From Macrostomum hystrix (Eukaryota; Animalia; Platyhelminthes), in contig CATNEN010000038.1 in NCBI GenBank assembly GCA_950097015.1, forward strand, positions 23,622,001-23,686,000: 64,000 bases of DNA. Direction: 5' to 3'. Every line of letters starts with the position of its first letter. The stretch's first letter is position 1. The notes under the pieces are model-generated. The model did no database searches. It worked only from the letters and a program-made list of their open reading frames with translations, and was not told where the DNA came from. This document shows positions 22,801 through 35,200 of the stretch, one piece after another. The translations under genes were made by a program, and so were the position numbers.

Positions 22801-23661
22801 ATGGGGAGAGGGAGGAGAGAGATAGGGAGAGGGAGGAGACAGATAGAGAGAGGGAGGAGAGAGATGGGGAGAGGGAGGAGAGAGATAGGGAGAGGGAGGA
22901 GACAGATAGAGAGAGGGAGGAGAGAGATGGGGAGAGGGAGGAGAGAGATGGGGAGAGGGAGGAGAGAGATGGGGAGAGGGAGGAGACAGATAGAGAGAGG
23001 GAGGAGAGAGATGGGGAGAGGGAGGAGAGAGATAGGGAGAGGGAGGAGAGAGATGGGGAGAGGGAGGAGAGAGATTGGGAGAGAGAGGTTGGGATTATAG
23101 AGAGATGGATGAAAGAGAGAGTTGAGAGAGGGAGTGATTGGTGGGTCAGGTACGAGATGGGATAAGAGGGGATTAAGTTATAATATATGTGGGATTCTGA
23201 AATGAAACAATCCGGATAAGTAAAATATCATCAAACAAAAAACACTGCAACCATTTTTTCACCAGACTACTACCAGTTCAAAAGTGCCATCGAATCGATG
23301 CAGCAGCAGCAGCAACGGCCGGCGCCTGCCAGAGCATTCGAGCTTCGACAGCTCGGAGGTCCAGACATTTATCGCGTCCTTCAGCAGCAGCAGCAGCAGC
23401 AGCAGCATCAACAGTCTGAGCTGCTAGCAGCTACTATGTCAACGGCTGGTCGAATAAGTGGTCGCCAGGCTTACCAGACTTTGCTGTATCAGCGGCAGCA
23501 GTCTCAGAGACTTACCCAGCTGCCAAGCAGTTTCCAAATTGACGACGACGTCGACTTTCCAGAACCGGGGCGTCGGTCGTTTCATCGCTCTGAGTCCGAT
23601 TTGCCAGGGCAGCTGGGATGCTCCACCGACTACAACAGGACCTGGCAGAGAAGCGACCTGA

Positions 23662-23693
<32 letters not shown>

Positions 23694-23819
23694 CCTAAGC
23701 ATCAAAGATCTTCGTCCGCTTTTCATCGTCCAAGTAGAAGCTTGAGAACTATTGACGGCGGTGGCTGGGCTAACCCAAACAACAAGCCGTATCCGAATAT
23801 TCAGGCTAGCTATGTTTAA
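13889..23819 (+). CDS. Protocadherin (7 cadherin repeats, TM helix, polyQ cytoplasmic tail ending SYV), 3 coding exons, ~1177 aa
   Basis: Exons 13889-16732, 18085-18220, 23266-23819 with matching phases (0,1). Signal peptide, six DxNDxxP linkers plus a seventh EC, LDRE/LDYE motifs, TM segment ILAAVAVFICLLLLSTLLLFLY. Confidence 0.9.
16778..17036 (-). mobile_element. tRNA-derived SINE family A, copy 3
   Basis: Reverse complement of the 4389 head and body, with a short (TAA)n tail at 16778-16790; lies in protocadherin intron 1. Confidence 0.85.
18318..19052. repeat. ~23-bp pyrimidine-rich minisatellite (CTCCATCTGTCACTCCTCTCTCA)
   Basis: Directly visible at the 5' end of protocadherin intron 2. 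Confidence 0.95.
19905..20431. repeat. 8-bp-based repeat (ATCTTCCA/ATCTACCA)
   Basis: Directly visible. Confidence 0.95.
20975..21886. repeat. 25-bp minisatellite (CTGTAGCTTAGAATCGCAGCAGGAA)
   Basis: Near-perfect tandem units. Confidence 0.97.
22518..23088. repeat. 21-bp purine-rich minisatellite (GAGAGGGAGGAGAGAGATGGG)
   Basis: Directly visible near the 3' end of protocadherin intron 2. Confidence 0.95.
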
Positions 23820-23877
23820 TTTTTTTCTAAATAAAGTTAAAATCCCGGTCCTGGCTATGATTTTCACACACCTCAAT

Positions 23878-24795
23878 GCTCGCGAGAATTTTCACATCCG
23901 ACAACACCCCAAGATTATCACACTTCAGTCCTCGCGAGAAGTTTCACACCCGACAACACCCAAGATTATCACACTTCAGTCCTCGCGAGAAGTTTCACAC
24001 CCGGCAACACCCCAAGATTATCACACTTCAGTCCTCGCGAGAAGTTTCACACCCGACAACACCCAAGATTATCACACTTCAGTCCTCGCGAGAAGTTTCA
24101 CACCCGGCAACACCCCAAGATTATCACACTTCAGTCCTCGCGAGAAGTTTCACACTCGACAACACCCCAAGATTATCAAACTTCAGTCCTCGCGAGAAGT
24201 TTCACACCCGACAACACCCAAGATTATCACACTTCAGTCCTCGCGAGAAGTTTCACACCCGACAACACCCCAAGAGTATCACACTTCAGTCCTCGCGAGA
24301 AGTTTCACACCCGGCAACACCCCAAGATTATCACACTTCAGTCCTGGCGAGAAGTTTCACACCCGGCAACACCCCAAGATTATCACACTTCAGTCCTCGC
24401 GAGAAGTTTCACACCCGGCAACACCCCAAGATTATCACACTTCAGTCCTCGCGAGAAGTTTCACACCCGGCAACACCCCAAGATTATCACACTTCAGTCC
24501 TCGCGAGAAGTTTCACACTCGACAACACCCCAAGATTATCAAACTTCAGTCCTCGCGAGAAGTTTCACACTCGACAACGCCCCAAGATTATCACACTTCA
24601 GTCCTCGCGAGAAGTTTCACACTCGACAACGCCCCAAGATTATCACACTTCAGTCCTCGCGAGAAGTTTCACACCCGGCAACACCCCAAGATTATCACAC
24701 TTCAGTCCTCGCGAGAAGTTTCACACTCGACAACACCCCAAGAGTATCACACTTCAGTCCTCGCGAGAAATTTCACACCCGACAACGCCCCAATA
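23878..24795. repeat. 51/52-bp minisatellite (TCCTCGCGAGAAGTTTCACACCCGGCAACACCCCAAGATTATCACACTTCAG)
   Basis: ~17 units starting ~60 bp after the protocadherin stop. Confidence 0.96.
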
Positions 24796-27772
24796 TTTTC
24801 GCACCCTGTTCGTTACAAGGCTGAAATTTTTTTTAACTCGTTCCAATTTGTAGATCGCCACAATCAGAGAAACCATTCTGAAACTAAAAAATATGCGCCT
24901 AATTTAAATCGTCATCACACAAGCCCATATACCCAAGGTATATAAAACATTGTTTTGTTTTATTTTGTGACTAATCTGCTCGTATTCTTTTTAGTCTTTT
25001 AATTGTCACAATAAACATTGTTTATTTTTTAAGCACAGGTAAACATAATTGCAAATGCTGCAACCATTTTCAATACACTCGTTCCTGCACATAGTCCAAT
25101 GCAGTAATAAGTTCAATGGTTATTTTGTTTTACTGTCCTTTGAATTGTTTGCTTAACGAAAAGTATTTCTTTGTTGAGTATTCAGTTTTTGCATAATGAT
25201 TTTCACAAAATAAAGACTTTACTCTCCAAACAATTCAGTTTTTGGATATTTAAAGTGCTTTCTTTTATTTAACTCATTATTGTGCATAAAAAGCGATTAA
25301 AAATGATTTATAATTGAGAGATGAGAGGTGAGTCTCAGAAATTTACCATGATTCGAAGAAACGAACCACTATTCTTGGAAACTACCATCGATTCTTAGAA
25401 ATTTTCGAAGTTTCATAGAAACTAGCGACGGTTCTTAGAAATTGAAGACTTTTAAGAAAGATAACTTTTTTCTTTGCAAGTTAAAAAGATTACTTTCAGA
25501 AAAAATGTACCCGTCCTGAAGAAGTAAGGACAGATATATCTCGCGTTTCATTATGTAGCAGTTTTCTGAAAAATGTGGTCTTGCATTTCAGTCGACCTTC
25601 ATCAAACTACAGAATCCATCGCGCACAAAGTTATAGAAAAAAACCAGCATAGTGAATTATGAAGCGCGACTTGCGCATTTCGACGCAGTCCTCTTGCATT
25701 ATTATTCTTCAATTTTACAACGAGCCCTGTATCTGCGCAATAGCGAGAAAATGGAAACTTCAAAACGATATTGTGCGACTTATTCGCAGATGAAAGGCTA
25801 ATATTCTTTTTTATACGACGTTTTTGGCCACCAAATTGCAGTTGGGAAGCCAATTGTGCAATAATTGTGTCGAGATGGGTTTCGCTATTTTATCAACAGC
25901 CAAAGATTTCTGAAGTGGGCAAACTGGTGCGTGAAACGGCAGTTTAACTGAGCATCCACTTAAACTCGACGGTTATTGATCGCCTTCGGAGTCTGATGGG
26001 AAATGGTCCTATTTTTAGAAACACCCGTAAGGGAATCGAGACTTAGTACGTGACTTACCGCAGCCAATGAAATTTAGATAATATATACCCTTCGAAATCT
26101 GATTGGACAAGAAGTCAAGCTGGCGCTGTTTTTAGAAACACTTGAGAGGAATTGCATTAATGACAACCCCTCTAACAAAGCACGTGACACACCGCAGCCA
26201 ATGAAGTTTAGGTAATGTCTTTCTTCGATTTTCCTCGACAGATTTAGGAGGCTTAGTTTTTTATTGAACTGTTGTGTGGTTCAATGAAACAGAAGCGGTA
26301 TTATTCAGTTGCTAGTGCATCAGAATTTCCAATCTGCCCTTAGTAAATGTGGTTTGGAAAATGAAAGGTTTCGGTGAGAAATTGTCTTCAGATTCTACAC
26401 TACAGAGCTCGCTGTTTTATGTCTTTACACAAATTACTTATGAAATGAATGTAGCTGTTAATGCTATAAGTTCACAAGTCTGCTGCAGTGGAGCGTACTA
26501 ATAATGTATGAAAATAAAGCATAACTTAGACAGTCGATAATCCAATAGGCACAGTATTGGACTCACATTCGGACGACAAAATTATTCTTTTTTTCTTTCT
26601 TTTTTTCATGCTCGTGTATTGATTTCTCCTATAGAATTGACTATCTAAACAGAGTTAAATTCTCCCATAAAAATTAGAAGCTTTGCATGCAACGCATGAG
26701 TAAGCTTCTGTCCCCAGCCTATGGGCACAAGCAGATTGCAAGCAATTTAAGTTGTTTTCTGCTTCTCGCATATAGGAACTGCATGGAATGCTGGGAACAA
26801 AGAGCAGCAAAAGTTGTTTAGTATAACAGCTAATGAAATGCTAAATTAAGAGTATTTTCTTATGCATCACCAATATTTGTCTAATTAATAAAAGCAACGA
26901 TTTCCAATTTATTTGAAGATGTGCGTCTGTCTTGAAGGGCCACGCGGAGCAGCCCCCCTGGTGACAAAATGTTCCAATACTGAACCGAAGTAATGTGAGT
27001 CTTGCATTAATTAGTACATTCGAGAAATGGCAAGGGTGGCGTTAGGGTTGGGTGACTGAGAGAGACGCTCAGCCAATCGCGAGAGCTGAGCCAATCAAAC
27101 TCGTGCAAATGTTAAGGGTGGCGATCAGAAGGGGTTGGTGGACAGAGAGTGACGCTCAGCCAATCACTAGTCGATTTGAAAACACGACGAAAGGCAGGGT
27201 GAGTCTAAGAATATGCCACATGGATTTTCATTTTAATCCCAGCTTATAGTTTACAGTTTATTTAATCCCGGCTATAGTTTTTTTTTTTGATTGATTAAAT
27301 GGTAGATTTTTTCATTTTTAAACTATAATATTGATCCGCCAAAGAGATATTGTCTTAAAATTGGGACTGTTTTAATGTACTGTTTCAGCGTATGTCGGAC
27401 AACCAGTCAGCCTTCGAGACTCAATATTCCGAGTACTGTGTCTTTCCTGACCGGAAACAATTTCCGCGCATTAAAATATTTTTATTGGGCTAAAAAAAAA
27501 CTAAAAAGGATGGCATTAATAGCAAGAGCAATGATTGGCATGTTTGACAGAAAATTATAAAAGCTTTTCTGTAGCTAGTTAGCTGAGTCAGCGATTCCAA
27601 ACCGATGGCTGTCTGTCTTGCTTTTGTCCTTGCTTTTCACTCTGCATCTAACGATTGATTTCCGGATAAAAGTAGATAAAACGTCATTTGCTTCTTTGAT
27701 AATCATAGCATATGTTTGATCAACTTTAATATTATAGCTATGATTTACCTTTATAAAGCATTTTAACAAATA

Positions 27773-28040
27773 ACATCTTCTCTCATTCTCTCTCACATCT
27801 TATCCCATTCTCTCTCAAATCTTCTCTCATTCTCTCTCAAATCTTCTCTCATTCTCTCTCACATCTTCTCTCATTCTCTCTTACATCTTCTCTCATTCTC
27901 TCTCACATCTTCTCTCATTCTCTCTCACATCTTATTTCATTCTCTTTTACATCTTCTCTCATTCTCTCTTACATCTTCTCTCATTCTCTCTCACATCTTA
28001 TCCCATTCTCTCTCACATCTTATCCCATTCTCTCTCACAT
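27773..28040. repeat. ~22-bp CT-rich repeat (CTCTCTCACATCTTCTCTCATT)
   Basis: Directly visible. Confidence 0.9.
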
Positions 28041-28395
28041 CTTCATGTTAGACATGAGTGTCTTCATGTTAGACATGAGTGTCTTCATGTTAGACATGAG
28101 TGTCTTGATGTTACACATGAGTGTCTTCATGTTACACATGAGTGTCTTGATGTTACACATGAGTGTCTTGATGTTACACATGAGTGTCTTCATGTTAGAC
28201 ATGAGTGTCTTCATGTTAGACATGAGTGTCTTCATGTTAGACATGAGTGTCTTCATGTTAGACATGAGTGTCTTCATGTTAGACATGAGTGTCTTCATGT
28301 TAGACAGGAGTGTCTTCATGTTAGACATGAGTGTCTTGATGTTACACATGAGTGTCTTCATGTTAGACATGAGTGTCTTCATGTTAGACATGAAT
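28040..28395. repeat. 21-bp minisatellite (GTCTTCATGTTAGACATGAGT)
   Basis: Directly visible; abuts the CT-rich array. Confidence 0.95.
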
Positions 28396-28849
28396 GTCCC
28401 AGATGAGCTGGTTTTGTGTTATGTGCTAAAGTAAACAGATGAATAAGACCATGATGATTTCTAACCCAGTGTATAATATTTTTCGAACAATATATTTTTG
28501 AAAACAGAAGCATCACGAATCATTATTGTTTATTTTTTATCACACTTTGCCTTTAAAGTAGTCACTGCAATATTATAGTTCAGTACCAATGACCTTGGTA
28601 GAATTATTGTAGAAATAAGATAGCAGAAACTTACTTCATTATAAAAAATTCACCTTACTGACAGTAACATGTGTGAATATTATCGTCAAAATATAACTTT
28701 GCTATTTAAATTTACAAATAAACCAAATCAACATTTCCTACATACAAGCTTTTCAATGTTTTAATAAACATAACATCGAAAAGACACTAAACTAAATTAC
28801 ATAAAGTTATTTTTATGGTCTTTTCCTTTTCTGAGTAAATTAAACATAT

Positions 28850-31199
28850 TCAGCGCGAAGACGGGGCCGAAGAGTGGAAATGATGCTGATGTAATGGCTC
28901 TGTATCGGCAGCCACAGCTCCAGCCGGGATGTTGACCTTGTTGGATACCAAAACGTCCGCCTGCACCGGCGTCATGTCAACGTAGAGGGCCTCCGCGTTC
29001 GACTAAAAAAGCATTTCACAAGAATTAAAAAACTATTATAAATTAAATATTAAATATTATATTCTATTTTAAAACTAAAAACAAACGGTCGGTTGAAATT
29101 TCCAAATCCCACTTCACTCCCTGCCTCTCTTCAACAGCCACCTCACTCCCTGACTATCTTCAACACCCACCCCACTCCCTGCCTCTCTTCAACAGTCACT
29201 TCACTACCTGCCTCACTTTGACATCCACCTCACTCCCTGACTATCTTCAACACCCACCCCACTCCCTGCCTCTCTTCAACAGTCACTTCACTACCTGCCT
29301 CACTTTGACATCCACCTCACTCCCTGCCTATCTTCAAGACCCACCCCACTCCTTGTCTCTTTCAACCCGCTCTTCAAGCCGTGACTCTTTTCGACTTCGA
29401 TATACTTCAAATTTTCTAATCATGAAAAAAATCCTCACCATAAACTGGTCGTACAGCGCCTGTCCCATTGCCTCGCGCACGTGTTCGTCAACAATCGGTA
29501 GCTTGCGGCAGAGAAATTCCAAAGCAACTGAAGCCTGTCTCTGACTGTCGGCATAGTCGAGATTTCCCATGGCAAACATCAGGTGGTGCACGGCGCGCAG
29601 GTGAACGAGGCGTTCGCAGATTCGGTCCGACTGGCGAGCCAGTTCTCCGATGCATTTCGCAGCCGCGGCCTGTTGAACATAGATTGGCATTGGCGTGCCG
29701 CTGCCAACATCGCCGGAGACATTTTGTCTCGCGTTGGCGCCTCCAGTGGCATCACGACTAGGTCGAAGCAAAGACACGACGGCCTTGAGAGAACGAATTG
29801 GATAGGGGATTTGAATCTCAGACATGAGATTGAAAGTAATTGTATCCTAAAACAGTTCTTTCTAATTGAATCAGTTTAACCAACAGTAAAATTTCTGCCA
29901 AGCATTTTACTTTATTATATAGAAATTTGTACCTCGTCTGGAATAGTCATTCCAGAGAGGGGGGACCGAGTCTCTGTGAAGGGGTGCCTCTACTAGGGGG
30001 GCGCCACATGGTTTCGTCAGCCGTTTGTTAGGGGGTGCGGCCCCCCCCTTGTCGCCCCTGCGTTGGCCCTCAAAGGCGTAAATTGCACGACAAGCACACA
30101 AGCCTTCTCTACGCGGCTGCGCCCCATATGAATGTGGCCTCGACGCGGAATCGAGCTCGGGGACCTTGGCGCGAGAGGCAAACGCTTTAGACCGCTCTGC
30201 CACTCTCCCGCACTGTGATAAGTTCCAGTAGACAACGCAACACCAACCTGCAACAAATCGTCGGCAATATTGTACTCCATGAGCTCTTTAATAAACTCAA
30301 TAGTAGCCGATTGCACTTCCAGGTGCAGTGTGCTCAAGAGATTAGCGAGCCGTTCCACAATCACAGGATTAGCGTGTCGGACAATTGGCTGAACAAATCT
30401 TAGAGTTTGCACCGCCATCTGTTGAGCAGTTGGCGATGTGCAAGGCAGCACAGCTATCAGGCCTTTGTAAACCTGCTCAACGAATCTCGCGTTGCCGTCG
30501 GCCAGCGACTGGAGCAGGTAGCGAGCCGAGTCTTGAGTGCGCTCAGACTTTGACTTGGCCAGGCATTCGGCGACGGCTCGAATGCCGTAGCTCTCGCAAA
30601 TGATCTCCTTGTACTTTGTGCCTGGGCGCGGGTGGATGATTTCATGTTAGACATATAAGTTTCTTCATGTTAGACATCAGTTTCTTTATGTAACACATGA
30701 GTGCCTATGTGTTAGACATAACCTATAAATAGTGTCGCTGGCTGCACATTTAGAATTGTAAAAATATTCTTTTTAGCACAATCACGAGCTCACCAGCATT
30801 GGCGATGCACTGCAGAATCCTGATGGCCCAGTCCTTGTCTTCCTCTTTGGCCTTTTTAATTCCCAGCAGCTCCAGCAGGCACATGATGCCTCCGTGCTCA
30901 AGAAACTCAATCATAAAATTGTGACTGGTCGATGCAGAAAGAAATAGGTGTATTGTCTCTAATTGCTCTGTGACGCAGGTGCCAGTCATATAGGTGAGCT
31001 TCAGCCACACTGAGACTCGAGCTAGGAATAGACTGGCCATCTGAGCCAGCTCAAACTCCAACTCTGGCCCGGACTTTTTCCGATGCTGGTCAATGAAATC
31101 CCTCAGGATTACGGCTCGCTTGGATTTGCTGGATTGATCCCACTCTCTGAGCAGGTTCATCACATTCATTGTAGCTACTTCTTGCTTCGAGGAGCCCAT
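28850..31199 (-). CDS. ARMH1: Armadillo-like helical domain-containing protein 1 (C1orf228 homolog), 4 exons, ~425 aa
   Basis: Exons 31199-30794, 30621-30248, 29783-29439, 29002-28850, phases 1,0,0. Motifs LREWD, PELE..ASLFLAR, EFLEHGG, KEIICESYGIR and LHLEVQ match ARMH1 as recalled. Confidence 0.88.
29108..29370. repeat. C-rich degenerate tandem repeat (~29-bp subunits, ~87-bp duplication) in ARMH1 intron 3
   Basis: Repeated CACTCCCTG.CT.TCTTCAACA units. Confidence 0.8.
30062..30210 (-). mobile_element. tRNA-derived SINE family A head, copy 4
   Basis: Matches 4389-4536 in reverse complement; a different body follows. Confidence 0.8.
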
Positions 31200-32282
31200 A
31201 TTGTTAGAAATCGGATGCTTGTCTTTTTATAGCAATGCTGAAATGATTAGAACTCCGCTTATGCATATGCAAAGAGGCAAATTTACAAAGTACAAAAGAT
31301 ACACCTATATTGAGAAAAAACACTAATCATTTTTTGTCTGCTCGTTGCCTACATTATGAACGATTTCCAAAACTAACTTTGCTTTTCTGATTCAATCAGA
31401 TCCTAGATTTGCAATCAAGAACTTCACAATAATTCCCTGCGTTCTTCACAATAAGGGACACTAAGAACTCGAAGCATATATAGCTTAATTAAGTTTAACG
31501 GGTCTTAATTACCTTCCTTTTTTAGAAGGCATTGAAACTAGAATAGTAGTTCACTTATTCATCATATTTTATAATTATTACATATTATAATATTCACAGT
31601 CTATATAATTTATATATTGACCTTTTATTAAAAAATACACAAAGAAAATATTTTGTCTTTGGAAATATAAATATATGCCAAATAAAACCAATGTTTGTAT
31701 CGATAAGACTGTGCAAATGTAAAAAAATAATTTGAAATTAAAATTTGGAAACTGAAAATGAAGTTGAAAAACTACTGTACGCAAGTTACAGTTCATGGTC
31801 AATACAAAAATACTAAAAATTGATTTTAATAATTATTTTTACACAGAAAAAAGATTTTTTGTGTTATCTTATTTATTTTTATCGATAGAAAAGACGTTAT
31901 TTAGGTATATTTGTTTAATTTCGGTTTCACCCAGATTTTTTCTTTTCTGAAAAATTCTTTTTTCAGAGAGAAAAACGTTTTTATTTTGAGTAATAAAGAA
32001 ATTATACACAAATTCACATATAATGCTTGCTTTGCTTGACTGCATACTCATTAATATATACTTTTTCACTTAAGAGATCATTTAATTCTTCCGAGTTTGT
32101 TTTCGCTAACGTGTCTGAAATAACGAGAACGGAATTTAGTTGCGCTGAATCACTGAATCACTAAAACACGAGATTATTACAGTTCTATTTACTTGTCTGG
32201 CGTAATTGGGTTTCTAAAACTTAGTGTGGAGCTTTTCATATAATTTAAAAAGTAAATCCTTATAAGCGTTTCAGTATCAAAA

Positions 32283-35200
32283 ATGAATGTTTCACCCCAA
32301 GCAATGAATCTTGCTTTTGATGAGTATGGACGTCCTTTCATCATTCTTAAAGACCAAGAGCGACAGAAGCGTCTGACTGGCATTGATGCCCATAAGGTAT
32401 GTGCACTAAATAGTCAAATAAAAAAGCCTGAAGTCAATGTTGAATGTTGTATAGTTGTATTCTATAGCTTTAATATGTGTTTAGAATGATGGTAGATTAA
32501 TTAGCATATGTTAAGCAAGCTAGCCCTAGACATGTAACTAGGCCTATTATTTGAAACTAAATTTTCTATTATCAACTTGGTTTCGTGTCTTTGAATTTAA
32601 TGACAGCATTGCCATTAGCTATGTTATAGTTAGGCCTAGCATTTCTAAGTTCATTGTAGAAAATCTAGTTTTAAGATTTAAACAAAGTATAGGCCCCTAG
32701 ACAACTTAAATCTCAGAGTATGCTAAGCATAAGATTTTTTTTTCTAAAACACTAATATGATTCAGCATTTTGGATCAGATTTTAAGATGCATTTTACAAC
32801 TAAAATACACTTCAGCCAATGCTGATTCAATCAGATCCTAGATTTGCAATTTGTTAGGGTAATGTATCATCAACCGAACAGTGTATCTTCAAAACCGAAC
32901 AAGAATTTTGACTTTTTCCTTGGTCTCGTGCAAGACAGAAACAAGCTATTGTGTTTCACAGAACAATGTTTGTAGAAAGATGAAGAAATTATCTACAAGC
33001 TGAGGCATGATGTGCAATGAAGCATTAAGAGGAAAGAAAGATATTGATGTTTCAGTAGAAATTTTTATTGCAAAAGCATACTTTTTAACAACATTTTTTC
33101 AGTATGTACTTTAGATTAAGATTGTATGTTGTTGCTTGCCAATTAAATGACCATAAATGTAGTTATTTATAGAGCATAAAAAATGCTTTCAATTTAAATA
33201 ATTCATGATAGTTCACTCCTTAAAATAAGATTGAACCACTCACTCAAATTGCAAAACCAAACATCAAATTCTCTGTTTGGTTTGAAGATACATGAAAATC
33301 ATTGTTCGGTTTTAGATAAAAAGTAGGAATAACTTTTTTCTATTTGATAAAATAGCAAAAGCAAATACTTTTTAGAAAGTTGTAACTGTTTTCTATAACT
33401 TAGCTTTTGATTTATCATCAAATCTTAAATAGGAAATCTGTAGCTTAGGTTTGAAGTTAAAAAAATACACATTCTTGTTTGGTCGATGATACATTAGTAC
33501 CCTAGTTTTAGTTTTGCTCCTTATTGAAGCTAATAATTGGATCTGTGATGGGGGTCTATGTAGATCATCATGTGCACTGATGGAACATATTTTGTAGAAA
33601 GAACTGCAAAGCATACTGTAAGATGATCATTGATCACCAATATATTTTCCTGTACAGCATACAATCTTATTGTACACAGAATTGTGTACAAGAATCATAT
33701 CAATTCATTTCCCTATAGAGTATACAATCAATTGTAGACAAAACAGACTTAACAATACAAATGTCTTATTGGGTGCCATGTTATCAAAGTTTGCCTACAT
33801 GTCTGCATTCCGCATGATTGACAAGAAGTTTGCATATTTTGGATGACTCCAAGAGAGATTTGGGTACTTTGTCCTTTTTGCTATTTTGTTCTCAAATTTC
33901 AGAATAATTCTTTCCATATGTGATTCCTATCTGATCTGAATACAAAAACCCAGCAATAAGCCAAACTTGGCATTCCAAAGGTTTTCTTTTACCACAAATT
34001 CTTAGACAAGTTAGATTTATAAATTTATATATTTTCTTGATAGAAAATAAGTACACACAATATATGATCAATTCTTAAAGTGGACTACAGTTTGTTTGTT
34101 TTTAAAGAGCATTTTATAAATAATAAATTATCATCTAATTCAATATTGAATTATTCAATATTCAATATCTTGAAAATAATGACACAATGGCATACTTTGT
34201 TCATGTCCATGTAATATTATTGTAACAGGGCTTGTCTCTCTACTTTTCTCTCTAATGGTAGCGTATCTTTTGGCCTCTTCTATTCTTTTATCTCCTTCTC
34301 TACTGTTTACGTTCTCCGTATGTCTTTAACTCGGTGGCCCTGAAAAGGGCCGTTTTAACTTCACAACTCTTACGTTGTGCGATTCTCCTAGGTAGCGCTT
34401 CTGCACTGGCACGAGCGGTTTATCCCTCTAAGGCACTGGCTTACTATTCTCCAGTCTCTGCTGGGCGTTTCTCCAGGATCAGAGGGTCACAGCCTCAATC
34501 CTCGGTTTCGCACTAAATGCGTTTCCTCAATAATTAACACAACAAGTTTACTCTATTCAGATAGATCTTCTTTTCTCAGATTTTGCCTTTCTTGGCTCAC
34601 TGGCGGGGTGTATTTTTAGCCACAAATTTCTTTCACTTATATAGTGTTTATCAACTTTGTTTTAATACTGAATTTTACTAGAATATAAAAAATATTTATG
34701 CATATAATATGTATTCATATATATAAAATATGTAGAAAATAAGTTGAAGATATACCGTATAGCGCAAAAATAAAATTGAACTGCTACATTATTTTCACTT
34801 TGATTAAATAAACCAAATATAAACTAACTTTAGGGAAATGCATAGTGATTAAATCTAACATTTTTACTCTTACATAATATTTGTATGCATTCATACAAAA
34901 TATGTAGAAAGTAATCATACATTGCAGAAAAAATTGTTACTACAATACAGAATGCACTGTTTTATCTTAATTTTATCCATGTTTTATTGTATGTATTGTG
35001 TGCTTTGTTCCCCTAAAGATCTCTAAGCAATGACTGCCACAACTCAATAATATAATCAGCTGCTATGCCCAAATATGAGGTTGTGGCTTGCTTGTAGATT
35101 TGACTGCCATGCTCTAAATTTATGGTAATCCAAACTTGACTGCCATGTTTACAGGCAATGTACAGCTTTATATTAGGGACACTTACATTACTTCAAGTTG

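Noticed and set aside
1047-24795. Regularly spaced repeats as possible CRISPR arrays
   Set aside because: Units are contiguous with no unique spacers, there are no cas genes, and the context is eukaryotic.
22554-24945. EREERDG, HFSPREKFHTRQ and related ORFs
   Set aside because: Minisatellite translations; only 23266-23819 fits a spliced gene.
28035-28434. MSNMKTL / MLDMSVF repeat ORFs
   Set aside because: A 21-bp satellite read on both strands.
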